Notes under the pieces: generated by a model
Told to the model about the DNA's origin: nothing
What the model saw: the letters and a program-made list of their open reading frames with translations, nothing else
Databases searched by the model: none
In this document: in pieces, positions 41,991-56,411 of the stretch
Layout of the letters: each line of letters opens with the position of its first letter
How positions within the stretch are numbered: position 1 is the stretch's first letter
Program-made: the position numbers and the translations under genes
Assembly: GCF_002105155.1 (NCBI RefSeq)
Contig: NW_019028989.1
Span: 806,001-870,000, forward strand
DNA length: 64,000 nucleotides
DNA from: Lobosporangium transversale
Taxonomy: Eukaryota
Reading direction: 5' to 3'

Positions 41991-43480
41991 TTATGCTTCC
42001 AATGCTTTGACGGCCATCTCCAAGGCACCTTCTTTCGTCCTATTACCTCCAATGAAACCTCCCATGTGAACAAAGACAGAGTTTGGAATACCACTACGCT
42101 CACTCAATTCCTCATCCCTAAAACCTCTCCATTCTTGAGGCAATGCCTTACGGCATTCAAAGCTTTCGGGTGCAGTTGGCACACACTGAACGCGCCATTG
42201 ACCATTATCGTCCGGATAAAGCACATACAGGGCCTTTTCCTCAATACAAAGTTCTTGTTCCAATAAGAACAAATGTTCTTTCCATGGACAAGGTTGTTCA
42301 AACACCAAGATCTTGCCCGAGGGATGAATATCCATCCGAGTGTCCAAAGCCTTCACTACCAGATCCCGAGCCGGTAACCAGGACAGACCCAAATAGCGAA
42401 CTGCATCCGTAAAGTCTTGACCTGTCATCGCCACTGCCTTCATAAATTGTCCATCCTGATCCACATCCTTCTGATTCCACCAAGGATTCAGTCCTGCAAC
42501 CCGTTGAGGTAAAGCTGTACCGACTCGATATTTGGGCTTGATCTCCTCTGGGTATTGCGAAATCCCATTATCACCTGCATCCAATGCTTCAATAAAGTTC
42601 TCATAGACTTTATTATATAACAGCTCTACTCTCGAGTCTGGCTCTTCAAGATTCAACAACGAGGCGATGATCTCTTTTCCAAAATGCCTTGATGCAACAA
42701 CAGTAACGATGATGAAGTTGATAACAAAGGCAAACATGTGTTAGTCAATTGCAACGTTCCAGTCTGTTTGCTATTGGTACTGGTATTATTATTCATATTA
42801 CTACTATTATTCATTATATATAACTCACTTGTATACGAGACCAGCACTGCTGAGCTTGGTATTAAATTTGCCGCCAAAGACCTCAGTGAATCCACGTTGA
42901 TGATGATCGTATCGGTGTGTGCTAGGGTCATACACTCCACCTACATCCACAACAATATCGCAGGTGGCAAGCTTCGCTGGATCACGCGTGCGGATGAGTT
43001 CTAAAAAAAATAAAATAAAGTAAAATAAAATACAAAGAGAAAGAAAGCGGTGAAAATAAAAAGGAGGACATTAATTCCATATCTCTTGAAAGTTCATACG
43101 GGTGTTTTGAAGGAGAATGCTGAAAAAAAAAAAAAAAAAAAAAAAAAAGTCTAGTACCAGCTCCTCTAAATTGCTTAGTCTTCTGAAGCATATGAACAGC
43201 AAGCGCTTCATCGCAGTGAAAGTGTCCATTGTGAGTTCCAATAATCTGACGAAAAGATATTTAGGTGTGGATTCATGAATGGAGAAAATGATAATTAATA
43301 AATGGAACCTTTGGACCTAGACTCAGCAACACTTGAATACCTTGGTCTTTTTAGTCTTCACTGTTTTAAATCAATACAACGACACACTACCTTAGCCATT
43401 ATGCCGGGGCGTTTGTACCTGAAGATGAAATGAGTTTTTAGAATGGATGAACGAAAAGAATGCTGAAAAAACGCAAGCAT
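41991..43480 (-). CDS. MYG1: MYG1 exonuclease; exons 43480(or 43399)-43391, 43245-43158, 43000-42829, 42687-41991
   Basis: IGTHNGHFHCDEA, RTRDP, DHHQRGF, KLSSAGLVYKHFG, PWKEHL, WRG.RD, FVH.GGFIGG. Confidence 0.95.
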
Positions 43481-43586
43481 AGGAAAGTTTTTCTGTTGTC
43501 TAAGCACCGAACCACCAACATTAAAAAAAAAAAAAATCCGAGTTGTCCAAATTAAAAGCAGTCCTTTTTATTATTTTTTTTTTTTT

Positions 43587-46500
43587 TCAACTTGAATTTT
43601 TTAAGGCATGATGCTCGTTAATACGCAGCTCTGTCGCTAGTGCCTCGGGTCCCATAGTCTCCTCCAGTGGTTCAGTGAACGGACTCATCTTGCTTGTATC
43701 ATCCATACGCACTGGGTGATACTTTACTTTCAATCCCGCACTTCCATATCCCCCTCCACTCTCTGTATTTGCCACCTTCACGTTGGGTGTGCCAGCTGCA
43801 GTTACCATACCTCCTTGGGCGTACAATGGAGATGTTTCTCTTCCTTGTCCCTGCCGGGCCTGATTTGGCTGTTCACTGGTATTTAAACTGCCTCTATTCA
43901 TCCTTGGACTTGTTCCAGGAGAAACCATAGCTGATTGCCCATGCTCAACCTCCCCATTCTGTATCTGCCCTTGATGTCCTTGGTCACGCGTTGAATATTG
44001 ACTTGACTCAGGCGTAGGTGAAGACATCACGAGGTCTGACATTCCTTCAGATTGCGACTGTGCTCCATGTCGATCACTCATGTATTGTTGCTGACTGATC
44101 GCCCGATTATCATCCCGTGGCGACATGGAGACTGTTCTCGGCTGAGATGACGTGTGGAGCCCAGACTGCGATACTTGCTGATGTTGTTGCTGGTGATGCT
44201 GTTGTGGTGATATTGGTAGTTGGTTATAGCGATAATGTTGAGAAGAATGGCTTGGGTGCTCTTGATGGCTTTGTGAACCATGACTTTGAGAGCCCTGACT
44301 CTGATGTTGAGAAATGCGATCATGACTTGACCTACTCGATGCCATAGAATTGTACGAGTTCTATATGTAAATCCAAGATGCAAAAACCCAGTAGAACGAA
44401 TAGATTTATTAGAATGTCCGTACACAATACAACAGATGATAGAAAAGAAGATACTAAATGTTGTATTCCATTAACCTTGGCTTACATTATCTGCCCGCGA
44501 AAAATCTTGTTGGCCTCGAGACAAATCTTCTGCGCGTCCTTCATGATGAAGGTATGCTCGCTCTCGTTCTACATGTACTTCATGCCTTGGCCCATCCATC
44601 CGTCCATAACTTGAACGCTCATGATCTCGCTCACGGCCATAATGAGCGTCGCTGGTATGCGGCTCCATACCATAGTCCTGGCCGCCACGACTGCCAGTGC
44701 CTGTGTGGCTCGAGGAAGGCGTAAATCCACCACCACGTGTAGGAGCAACAGCCGGGCCATCGTCCCCTCTATAGCTGGGTTTGCGGGGCTGATAATTGCT
44801 GCTCTCTCGTGCACCGCTTGTCATCTGTCCTGAGGGTCCATGTTGCTGAGGCGCTCCCCGAGGATGATACCCCGCACCACCATAATCACGCTGTCTCTGG
44901 TTGTCTGGACGCCCGCCCGCTGGTCCTGAGCTAGCCATTGACCCAAGTTGTTGCTCCTTGGGCCTAGAGCTCATAAATTGTGGAGGAATCTGCGTTGTAT
45001 ATGCCTGGTGCTGATTATGACTATGGAGACTGTGGCCCGGCCGCCCGGAGCCTGCGTGCTTAGATGAAGCGTTTAGCTGTCCACTACCAGCCTGTACGTT
45101 AGTGTGGGCTGCAATTGGTCCCGGGGGGGCTCGCAGCGGCATATGAGTAGAAGACGATGTTGCAGGTCCGGGTGCAGCGTTCGCAGATGCTCCCCAGTGA
45201 CTGTGGCGCCGTGAACTAGGCATGGCAGTAGCAGGCGGAGGATTCGTTCTCGGTGACTCTTTGGATATCAATGTTTTAATTGTTGAAACATACTCCTGCT
45301 TCTTCGCATCAGAGATGGTGGGGTCAAGTGTGATGGACCGACACCGTTCCTGCATGAACTGAACATTTCTTGACTCATGGCATTTGAAAGGTAAGTGATA
45401 TGGCATCTGATTGCAAACAATGCATGCTCCAGGTGTAATGGTAGGAACAAACGCTTTACCAATGGACATGGAGCGAAGACTCTCTTGATACGCTGCACTA
45501 CCAAGCCGTGCTGCTGCTGCGGTAAGGCTCTTTGCCGCCTTACCCTTGGGTAACTCTGAAGGTGTGATCTGTTTGTCGAGTAGAAACCTATCCAAAGTCG
45601 CCAGTGCAAGAGCCTTATAATTATCTGGATAGTTGCTGGTAGCGATTTGTTGTCTACGTTCCAACACTAGGGGTATATCTTGGCTCTCTGGACACCGGTC
45701 TCGATGGCTTCGATGGCACACCAAGCATGGCTGAGGCTTCCGTCCTGTCTTCTTATTGCTAGCGTCCAATGCAGAGATAGTTCGTGTTCCGGGCATTCCA
45801 CCTACTCCAGAGTTCATCTGATAGGGTGACGAAGCTTGCATGCGCACTTTTTTAATCTTTCCGATTTGACTGGAAGCAGGACTGCCATCATGAGGACCAA
45901 AACCCTCTCGCCTGCCATCTTCATCCACGACTTCCATATCTCCAGGCTGCATAGGTGACTGACTCACGTCAACGGCTGCTTTACTTTTCTTGGCTCGTTT
46001 GGTCAGATCCAGTTCTCCCATAATGACAGTAGGATCCTCTTCAACCTCGGATTCAGCAGATTCCAAGTCAGTTCCGTCCATCTGTTGGTCAACATAATCC
46101 TCCTCCTCCTTAGATGGGATCTCCTTCCCTGCTTTGCGCTTCTTATTGGGCGGGCTCTCGTTGTTATTGCCGTTCTCGGCGTAGGACAGAACGGTTTTCC
46201 TTCGCGCTCCACGACCCAATAGCTCTTCTTCTTGAGCATAGGCCATAGCAAGGCGATCACGCAGTAAAGTCGACCAGAAGCCTTCCTCTTCATTCTCCGG
46301 TGGAGCATCAATGGGTATTTCTTCGTCCACAAGACCCTTGGTTTCCGTCCATACTTTTGCAAAGCCGAATCCGCTCACCTTAGTATCGCCATTGTCGTTC
46401 TCATTATGACTATGCTCAATCTTACTGCGGTCAAGCAATGCATCAAGAGCAGCGTCATCATACTTGACATCCTCGTTAGTCGAAGAATCCTCCTCAAAAA

Positions 46501-49500
46501 GCGCCTTAGCGCCAAATTTGAGAATACTCTCTACATCAACCGGGTCTAAATTGTCGTCTTCCATTCGCTCCACAATTAAATGATCCAGGATCATTTTTTT
46601 CTTCCCGATCTGCACAATTCGCTCTTCGGCAGAGTTGCGGGTCATGAACTTTAGGACCAAAACCTTATTCTTTTGCCCAATACGATGAGCGCGACTGAGA
46701 GCTTGCATATCTGCCTTAGGATTGAAATCAACGTCGTATATAATGATAGTATCGGCCGTTGCCAGGTTCACCCCCACACCTCCTGCACGAGTAGACAACA
46801 AAAAGACAAACACGTCCGATCCTGGAGCGTTAAATTTATCAATTCGTGCCTGACGATCAGCGCTACTTGTCCCTCCATCCAATCTGACAAAGTTGTAGTG
46901 TTCTCCATTGAGATAGTCTTCCAAGATGTCTAAAAGCCTTGTCATAGTTGAGAAAATTAGGACACGATGGCCATTCTGCTTCAATTTAGGCAGCATATTG
47001 TGAAGAAGCTCCAGCTTGCCTCCCGCTTCAATCAAACTCTTATGGACCAGCTCCGCAGTATCGAGATATCTTGGTTCAACGCCTTCAATCAGATATGGGT
47101 GATTTAAGCACTTGCGTAGCTCCATCAGGATGTTGTGCAATGATGCTTTGCGATTGCTAGCTGTTCCGCCTCGATTAGTGATGGACTGGAGTAATTTGTG
47201 GTTGCGCGCCAAGATCCCTTTGTAAATCTCCTTTTGAAGGGCAGACATACCCACAGGCACAATAACTTCACTCTAAATATTGAGTCAAACATAAGCGGAA
47301 AACCCCGATTAGAAAAGAGGTGTAGTAGTGTTAACGATAAAGATAAAATCTGCAGCCGAAAGAGGTACCTTTGGAGGAAGATCTTTAAGGACTTCATCTT
47401 TGGTACGGCGCAGGAAGAAGGGTTTCAATAGCTAGCGAGAGTAATAATACCAAATAAAGAAAAAGGTTATTCATTTGATATATTATGTACTGTTAGTCTC
47501 ATCACAATCGATCAAAAAAGAGATTAACTTACACCATGCAGTTCTTCTACAGCGTTTTTGTCCAAGTTTTCATATTTCTTCTCCAGCTCGGTAACATCAG
47601 AGAATTTGACTGGGTCCAAGAAATTCATCAAACTGAACAACTCGCGGATATTGTTCTGCAAAGGCGTTCCTGTCAACAAAACTCGATTCTCAACAACTAG
47701 TTCATTGAGCTTGATAAACAGCATGCTGTTTTCATTCTTTAGACGCTGTCCCTCATCCACCACAAGACACTCCCAAGAGTTCTTCCGAAACCATATGCTA
47801 TCAACGGGGTTCACAATCATCTCATATGTGGTGACCACCACATGGCACTTGAGATCGTGCGTTCCTCGGTGAAAGAGCTCGTATTCACGGACAACTGTAC
47901 GAGAGGTCTGTGGGCCATAATAGGCAACCACACGCAGATCTGGCGACCATTTTGCAAACTCTCGCACCCAGTTGGTCAATGTCGAATTGGGAACTACGAT
48001 CAAACATGGAAACGCTCGAAGTTCGTGAAATAGCGTTGTCACAAATGCCACCATTTGAATGGTTTTACCCAAACCCATTTCATCAGCCAGGATACTATTA
48101 ACATTTTTCCAGTGATTGTAACGCAACCAGCTAGAGACATCATTTGAGACATTAAAAAAAAAAAAAAAAAAAAAAAAAAGTAAGTGATGGTTCGTCAATA
48201 AAAGATCATACTGCAAAATAGAGTTTGCTATAAAGCTTACTTGAGTCCATCCATTTGATAGTCCTTCAATGTGCCACCACTGATGTAAGCAGGCTGCTCC
48301 TTCAATTCTTCAAATGGTGCTTGATTTGATGGCCTAGGCTGAGGGCCTGAACGTCCCTTCTTCGCACGTGCAGGGATATCAATCTTCTGAGCTGCAACCC
48401 ATTCCTTGAAAGCTTGCTTGAAAGTAGCATAGTGCGGACTATCTGGTTCATCTGGTTCATCCCAAGTAGCTATGGAAGATATTTAATAGTTTAAATAATA
48501 ATAATAATAATAAAATTAGTATTGACTGATCAGGATCATTTTCTTACCATCGTCTTTCTAGCTCACTATCAAGTTATACCTCACCTTGATCATAATCCAA
48601 TCCCCTCCATTTTACAAATACACTTTGAATATGATCAAGTGCATCCATATTATCGCCTCTACCATTATAGTCAGCGTCAAATACTACGTCCAGAACCTTT
48701 TCTACTTGTGTCCATTCTGGCTGTACTACATCTGAGATCTCTGATGGACCCTGAACCTTTTTCCAAAAAGACTTCATCTTCGCCGGTGCTACAACTTGAC
48801 TGACCCAGTAGCTTGGAACCCAAGCTACTTTTCGATAAGACATGTTTTTCCATTTGACGAGAAGTTCACGTGTCGTGTTCGGCGGTTGGGGGAAAATGTT
48901 TCCATCCTTTGTGCTGATTTCAGTCGTTGTTGTGGTCTCAGGTTTGGTGGAACTAGCTGAAGCCATCTCTGCGTCACTACCTTGAGTTGTTGAGTCTGCT
49001 CTGCGAATCGGAACGTCCCTAAAGGCAAGAATCAAGTCTAGCTCTCTATCCCATTCAATACATTGGTGACACTTCCATTCTTTCCTGTAATACTTCACAA
49101 TTTGTGCTCGGTCCGTGCTACTGGACATGGCTGACGGCACCCGAAGACATTTTTCATGTGCAGTATATGTGCATCGAAAACATCTAAATAGGATAGAATC
49201 CGTTACTGGAGCTGTGTCTGTAGAATCATCTGCTTTTGACGTTGAGCCATCAACTGTCGTGCCCGCCTCAGCGGCCTTTTCCTTTGTAGCGTCAGAATTT
49301 GAGATAATGATAGTGCTCTCTCTGGTATCTTTAGGCTCACTGGATGTATCCACTGTTGTCGTTGTCAACTCTGTACTAAGTGGTAAATTCTCTGTATCAG
49401 GTTTTAATTGGGTAGGCTCTCCCGGCTCTGTTACCTTTACGGGAGAAGGCGTTCGTCCAACCCACCCATGGCATTCTAAACACTCTGCACCCTTATTCTT

Positions 49501-51155
49501 GATACATGCCTCACATCGGAAGCCAGTCCCAATCAAGCTATCTGTATAAGACTTTCTCAAACAGAGCCGATGGTAGCCTGCAGAGCAACATTCACAAAGT
49601 AGAAGTGACCCTAATGGTTCGTCATCATCCTCATCATCGCTCTTCTTTTTGGATTTGCGCTTGGTGATCTCGCCACGCTGGCCACATCGAGTGCAGAATG
49701 GATGGTGTGCCAGAACAAAGTTGGACTCTGTGGAAGTGGGCACTAAAACCTTTTTTTGCTTTGGAACCGCCAATGTCTTTCTTTCGACTTTAGCTTTTAA
49801 AGGAGTCACTTCATCTGAAGAGCCATCAGAAGAATCCAAGACAGGCTGAGGCTTGATGGTCGCCTGGGCCCTCCGTGGGTAGCCTCGTGCTGAAAGCGTT
49901 GTTGCAGGAGGTGTATCTTGTTCCTGTTCCACACCATCATCACCGCTTGAGTTAACTTTTTTTGATCTACCAGCGCTCTTTTTGCTCCGGGATCCTGAAT
50001 ACTCTGTACCTTCATCAGAATCCTCTCCTTCATAATATTGCACATTGGTTCTAGCCTTTGTTCTCGTAGGACGAGGTGTCGCTGAAGGTCTCCGCTTTGA
50101 AGCATCGATGTCATTTTTGATAGCGGATTGCTGAGATTTACGTGATGGTGGTGGCGATGGGGTATGAGACTTGATATCCGATTTCGAAAATTGACTATGC
50201 TCATATTCTTGTACGAGGTCATCCCATTTGCCTAACGCTTCGACAGATTCCTGTTGAACAAAAGTCAAAATTTTAGATCAGTAATGCGAGCAAGCGACGT
50301 GTCCCAGAAAAATGATCTCCAAAGAGAGATTGAAACAAAGCAAAAGCTTATTCATAGGAGAAGTAACAAACTTGTCCATACAAATCAGCAAATCGCTTAG
50401 TAGAACTGTTCTAATATGCTTTTTTTTTTTTTTTTTTTTTTTTTTTTTGGTCAGTTGTTGCACAGTTAGATCGATCCTTCTCCACTTCCCCTTTTCCTAG
50501 TTCTCCACCTCCCTTGATGTTCTTTGCGTTGTACGGCTGGTTTCCTCCCCTTTCATTCCTATCTGGGCTATTTTTTCTCTATCCAGTCCTTTTTCAATTA
50601 ACACCATACTCTCCACTCCTTTTTTTTTTTTATAGATGTAAAAATTGTCAATTTCTTTCTCCTATTTTTGCTCTTATGCTTTAGTATGCTCAATGCATAT
50701 AGCACACGATTCTCTCCTTGATATCGTGGCCTCGTAGAATTACTGTAAGCATTGTTCCTGACCACGTTACTTCAACTACAAATCTGCTAATTGATATATT
50801 GGAGCTGCATGGGTTGAATATAGATCTCTCTTTCTTAAAGTAAGAGCAATCATCCACATACAGCCATGTAGGATGATCCCGACCGGCTATGTGAAAACAG
50901 AGGCGTATCGAATATGAAAACATTTTTGCGTCGTTGATTTATCAACTGTCTTACCTCAGTGGTTTCACCATTCGTCCATAACACTGTATACTTAACAGCA
51001 CCGCCTTCCTGGATGGTCTGATCAAGAATCTTACGAACTTCCCCCTTTGATGACACGGTAGGGTCCGTCATTGTAGTGTCAATAGCATCCGTTTCCATTT
51101 GACTGTTACTGCTCATTGACAGATCATTTTGTTGTTCCTGAGGATCAATGTCCAT
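43587..51155 (-). CDS. CHD-family SNF2 chromatin remodeler (PHD plus chromo; Mit1/CHD3-4-like); exons 51155-50955, 50250-48585, 48469-48241, 48130-47533, 47431-47369, 47272-44486, 44360-43587
   Basis: Two PHD-like fingers, chromodomains (LVKWK, FVKWRGL), ILADEMGLGKT, DEGQ, LTGTPLQN, STRAGGVG, QALSRAHRIGQ, C-terminal Cys/His knuckles; all introns GT-AG in frame. Confidence 0.93.
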
Positions 51156-53800
51156 CGTCGCAAGAAATGAAAATCAAATAAATGCTCTGAAGGCGATGAA
51201 CGCGTTACAAGTGCTTAAGAATGAGTGGCTATGCCTTGATATTGCGTCAATGTTGGAAGATAATGATGGTACCGAAGGCCGCGTTGGACAGCTCTATTGT
51301 TGAAACCAAACGGTGATGAACAAAGCAAAAACCAGGTCAGACAACAAACAGTAGTCAGAATGAGTACTGCATGGAGCGATGCGTTAACAGCTAAGTTTGT
51401 TGTTCTGTGCCTGTATTTGTGTATAAACTAATATATATCAGTGTATTTGAACACATGCAAAAAGTCCTCCCAGGAACAGAGAAATGTATAATGCGATTGA
51501 ACCCCACAGCGCACGGTTCAGCTGAAAGATAGACGCGTCTTTTTTGTTGTTTTTGTTTTAACGCTTTTTATGAATGCTTTCTCTTCTTTTTTTAAAGTTG
51601 TAAAGTGGTGATTGCCATGACGAGTCCAAGATGAAGGAAAAAAAAAAAAAAAAAAAAATCTGGAAAGGTGAAATGCCGCGAAAGATAGACAAACAAAATT
51701 AAAGCTGGGGAGGAGAAAGAGGGGGCACGCTGACGTCTTCCAGTACCCGGAATGATGCTGGCTAGTTGGAACAGTGAAAAATATGTGGTGTTGTAATCGT
51801 TGATGGAAGCGCTGAACAGGAGTTCAAGCGTTGGCTATTTACTAACCTATAGCAAAAGTGTAGGAGTAACAAAAAGATACCCATGGCTACAACTAGCACA
51901 CAGAAAACAGATGCCAGAAGGGACTCGATCTGATTATTAAATAAAGAAAAAAAAAATAGCTGGTCTACAAAATTTCCGTCACCCGTCTATTCCCATGCCA
52001 AATGATATGGAACAAGGACCCCTGCCAGCAGCTAGTTGATCACGGACATGGTGATAATAATTAAAAGCTGTCAAAATAACCAAGGCTCGTGGAGCACTGA
52101 AATGACCTTGAACCCAGTAGGGGCCAACACCGCAATCAGGGGAACGAAGACCTGTATATGTGCTCTATCCATCTACATACTACCGTAACACCCGAATGCG
52201 TTGAAACTAGTTGCAGTGCAATGACAGACACCAATTGGCGCTACAGTTTGAAATGGATGGATGTGTTCCAAAGAATAAAAAAATGAAGTTGGTGGCAAAG
52301 GGCTTCCATACGCTATGTAATATGATTATTGCACTTTGTCGAAAAGTAATATGACGTGCAAACGAGCCAGGGATGAATTGACAAGAATAGAGGGACAAGA
52401 GCACAAAAGAGGGGAGTAAAGGTATTCAATAAAGAAGAATTCGAATATCATGTTTGAACGCTGCGGAAAGATGATGGGATTTATGAAAGAGCACAAAAGG
52501 AAAGAAAGGCGAGTATGTCTTTCGTCAGTCTTTTTTTTTTTTTTTTTTTTTTTGACCCTTACCTCGGGTTTAATTCGGTTTTAAAGACAAACAATAAGCT
52601 GATCTCTAGTGACAGGTTTCCAAATGAGAAGGAAATGCACAAAGGAACAATAGAAGGAGAGAGGAAGAAAGAGAGAAAGAGAGAGGTATGTCGAATGAAG
52701 TAAAATGACAAGAGAGACCAAGTTGCTGGTTGGAATGAATTGACCCGTGTGCACTGGCGAGGTAATGTTTGTATGTCTGTGTGTTCGTATGAGTGAGTGT
52801 TCTGGCGTCCAAGAGGGAGAGCAATAGGATGGAGGGCTGGTGGAAATAATAATAAAAAAAAGTGATGGCGATTAACCAAGTGGTGATGGTGGGAGAGAGG
52901 GGAAGGGAAGAAAAGAGAGGGAGGGGGTGTCAGAGGGAGAAAAAGAAAGGGAAAAGAGGGAAAAGAAGGGGCGAGTGAGTCTGTTTGACTGCGAACGAGT
53001 AAGAGTGAGAGCAAAAAGACGGGATCCCATCTCGCATTTTCCCTCTTAGATATGATGATGATGATGATTACTTTTTGCAGTGCACACGCATCACATTTAT
53101 TCACATACAATTCAACATATTAAAATGGACTTGTATCACATAAACTCTTATGCTCAATCCCTATTTTTTGGTGTGTTCTTATTAATTCAAACACTTCATT
53201 GTCTCGTTTCCCTCCTACAACTAATCCTATCACACAATATACAATACATTCTTAAAAAAAAATCATTAATAGATCAATTGATCCATATACCCATCTACGT
53301 GGACTCGTCTCGAAAATCCTTCAGGTACCTATCACTATCGCATATGGAACGACAAGGAAAAAAAAAAGCATTTTCAACCCATGCTGTCATTATCTGGTCT
53401 CCTCTTTATTAGAAACAGTCGGATATGGGCTCGGACCATCTGTATATGCATTGAGAGGATCACTCTGCACTGAGTAGAGTAAATGTTCAAGCTGCAGACC
53501 AAGCTAGACCAGACTAGACCAGATGGTTCCCGCCTTGACAGTAGCGCAACAAATATGAGAAACAACTTTCGAATAAGGAACCTTTGTCTCGCCTCTCGTC
53601 CAATGCATATTCCTCCGAAAAAAAAAAAAAAAAAAAAAAAAAAAAAGCCAGCCAATTTAAGCTCAACGGTGCCACTTAAAATGAAAAAGGGCGCTCATTA
53701 TCACATGATTTATTTGTTAAATAAGTAGTAAAATAGTAAAAATGCAATGCAATGAAAGTTAGGTGTATCAATTGCTACTTGAAAAAGACTAATGCCTACT

Positions 53801-56411
53801 TCATGGCTTCGACTTGACGCTCGACTTGAGGTAAAAGTTCAGCGAGATAGCTGTTAAAATACATACACACATCAACGTGGGCATCACAGGCTCATCTAAA
53901 GGAGAACAAAGCGCCAAACCCGTAAACAGTGCAAAAATCATGAGTAACAAAATCGTTTACCCCGTTTTTTTTCAGTATTAAAACTATTTTTCATCTCAAC
54001 TTACCATAAGGACCTGGGTCCTTATTACGTAGCATTGTTAGACGCCTCTCATACAACCAGATCGAGTACACTAGCGTTAGCAGTGCAGTGATGGACAACA
54101 GTATACCAGCGAATCGTCCAATGTTATCACCAGCATTGTAAAGACTGACCCCAAGAGTGCCGATAAGAATAGCGATATGCATCCACTTGAGGAAAGTACG
54201 TTCATTAGCAAAGAAAACCTTTGCCTCGACCTTAAGAGGACCCACAACCTTCTTCGGTTTGGGTGGAATGATCTTGATCTGAGGGACAAGATCTTGTTGG
54301 CTATCATTAGGACCAAGCAGTGGACTGGTCTCGTGTGCATCTTTGCCTTTACCAGACTTCTTGAAGACACCCCCGAGACCCTTAAAACCAAAAGGCCTCT
54401 TGTTAATGCTGGAAGGTCTGGAGGAGGCCCTTGAGGATGAACCATATTGCCCGTTCCCGTTCTGGCCGTATTGTGAGTCGACCACAATATCCATTGACTT
54501 GTTCTTTCCTTTGGAAAGAGATCGTGTGCTGGCTCCATTTTCAGATTCCGATCTGGACACAACGGAGGACCGACGGCTGTTGATACTATGAATTTCTGCC
54601 ATGGATCCTGACCTGCTAATCGGAAATGTATCTGTTGCCAACTGACCACGCATGGACTCTGAAGTGCGAACGGACTCCTTTTCAAGTTGGGCGAGCCAGA
54701 ATGGTAAGAGAGCCACGTGGCTTTCGAGTAGCACAGCAACACCGTGAACATACTTTGAAAATGACTCGGCTGACTCAACTAAATGACTGTTCATAAGTTC
54801 ATCGACCCACCCTGGCGTAGATTTGCCAATAGGCAGCTCCAATTTGACTTCCAGGATAGCATAATTGAAGCGAGTGATATCATTCTCATAGGCCGTCTTG
54901 GTTCCTAAAGGATAATCAATATCCATTCGACGCCAGTGATTGCCGGAACGCGTGGTGTTGTCCAGGTTATCCTCACGAATCATGCAAAGATCAGTGTCCA
55001 GAGATAGACGAACACGCTTGTCTCCAGGGATCTGAAATGCGGTTCTGTTATAAACAGTTCTCAAAACTGGTACAGCACAAAGTCAAAAAAAAAAAAAAAA
55101 AAAAAAAAAAAAGATTAGTTCTTTAGTTTGAATGCGTAGTTGATCCTATCTTCTCTGTATTTAGCTTACCTGGCTTGAGTTTCATATCAACAATAGTCTT
55201 TTGAACATCCTTGACCATTTCCTCAAACTTCTCAATTTCTGTAGGAGATTTGGCTCCTTGGTCCCTCAGTTTAGCAATCTGTCGGTCCATGGTGTACTCT
55301 CCCTTCAAGAAAGCATCGACGTACTTTTCTTTAATAGTGAAGCGGTCATGATATTCGCCGAACTTATTGATCTCATGGTGGATCTTGCGCTCAACATAGA
55401 TTTCATTGTTGGAGGGACTGCCATACCAGCGCAAACGAATGGCTTGTGCGCCTTCCTTGCGCTCCAGTTTATTGTTGTAGAGATCAAATGCAGAGTTATC
55501 CAGATAGACAGATGAAAGCGAGGGATCCAAAGACTCTGCTGTATTAGGCCCACGAGGAGTATAAAGAACTACAGGCAGGTGTTTGAGTACGGTGGTTTTG
55601 ACCTCCATCACATTGTCAGGGTGCACCCAGAACTTGAATGACTTGCGATCCAGTCCTTCGATGTTAGCCCTTCCTGTGAAAGTAGAGGGTGTGATAGGTG
55701 TTCCGAATGCAAAGGAGTCTGCGCCAAGAGTATGATAAAGCTTCGAGAGACGCACGACAAGCGAGTCAAAGTTGACGTTGTAGAAAGTGCGCGACTTCAA
55801 CTGAACCATGAAGACGGGTCTTAATTTATAAGGCACATTTTTCTATATCACCATCCAAACATCAGAATAGTAGAAAATAAGCTTTACTGAACATGTCTCA
55901 AGATGGTCCAGCAAGCATAAAAAAAAAAACTTACGTCGTGCTTCTTAACGATCTTGAGAAAACCAGCATAATTGGTTCTACAATATTTTGAGAGCTGATT
56001 AACTTCATCTGTGATCTCAGTGATGGTTGATGTCAACGACTCCAATTCCTTTTGGTTATAAGACTGCTGGAAGGTGGCAACACGCAATTCGGCTTTAGAG
56101 GTCCTCTCCTGGAGCTCCTCAAACTTTTCGGTAACGAAATTAAAGACCTAAAAGGAAGGAAGAGTTTTTATTAAGTTGGGGATTCAATGATATGTCAGAT
56201 TGACCCACAGCTATTAAGAAGCTTGCCAACCAAAGCATACCTTTGTCAAGTCACCATCAATGGTCTCACCAAAGATGCCCTCGTCACGCTCTGTCCAGCC
56301 TGCAGGCTTGGACAGGCCCTGTTCGAGTTGCTCCTTGAGTTCATTATATTGGACATAATTGTCCTTCCATGGAGGGTAAATGGAATCTTGCAAATTATCG
56401 CCAAACTTCAT
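53801..56411 (-). CDS. Vacuolar transporter chaperone (polyphosphate polymerase complex) subunit, VTC2/3-like; exons 56411-56241, 56147-55935, 55842-55170, 55066-54005, 53895-53801
   Basis: SPX domain (MKFG..., NY.GFLKIVKKHDK), VTC domain (SFKFWVHPDN, IRLRWYG, YNRTAFQ, FSKY.HG), DUF202 TM region (ANERTFL.W). Confidence 0.92.
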
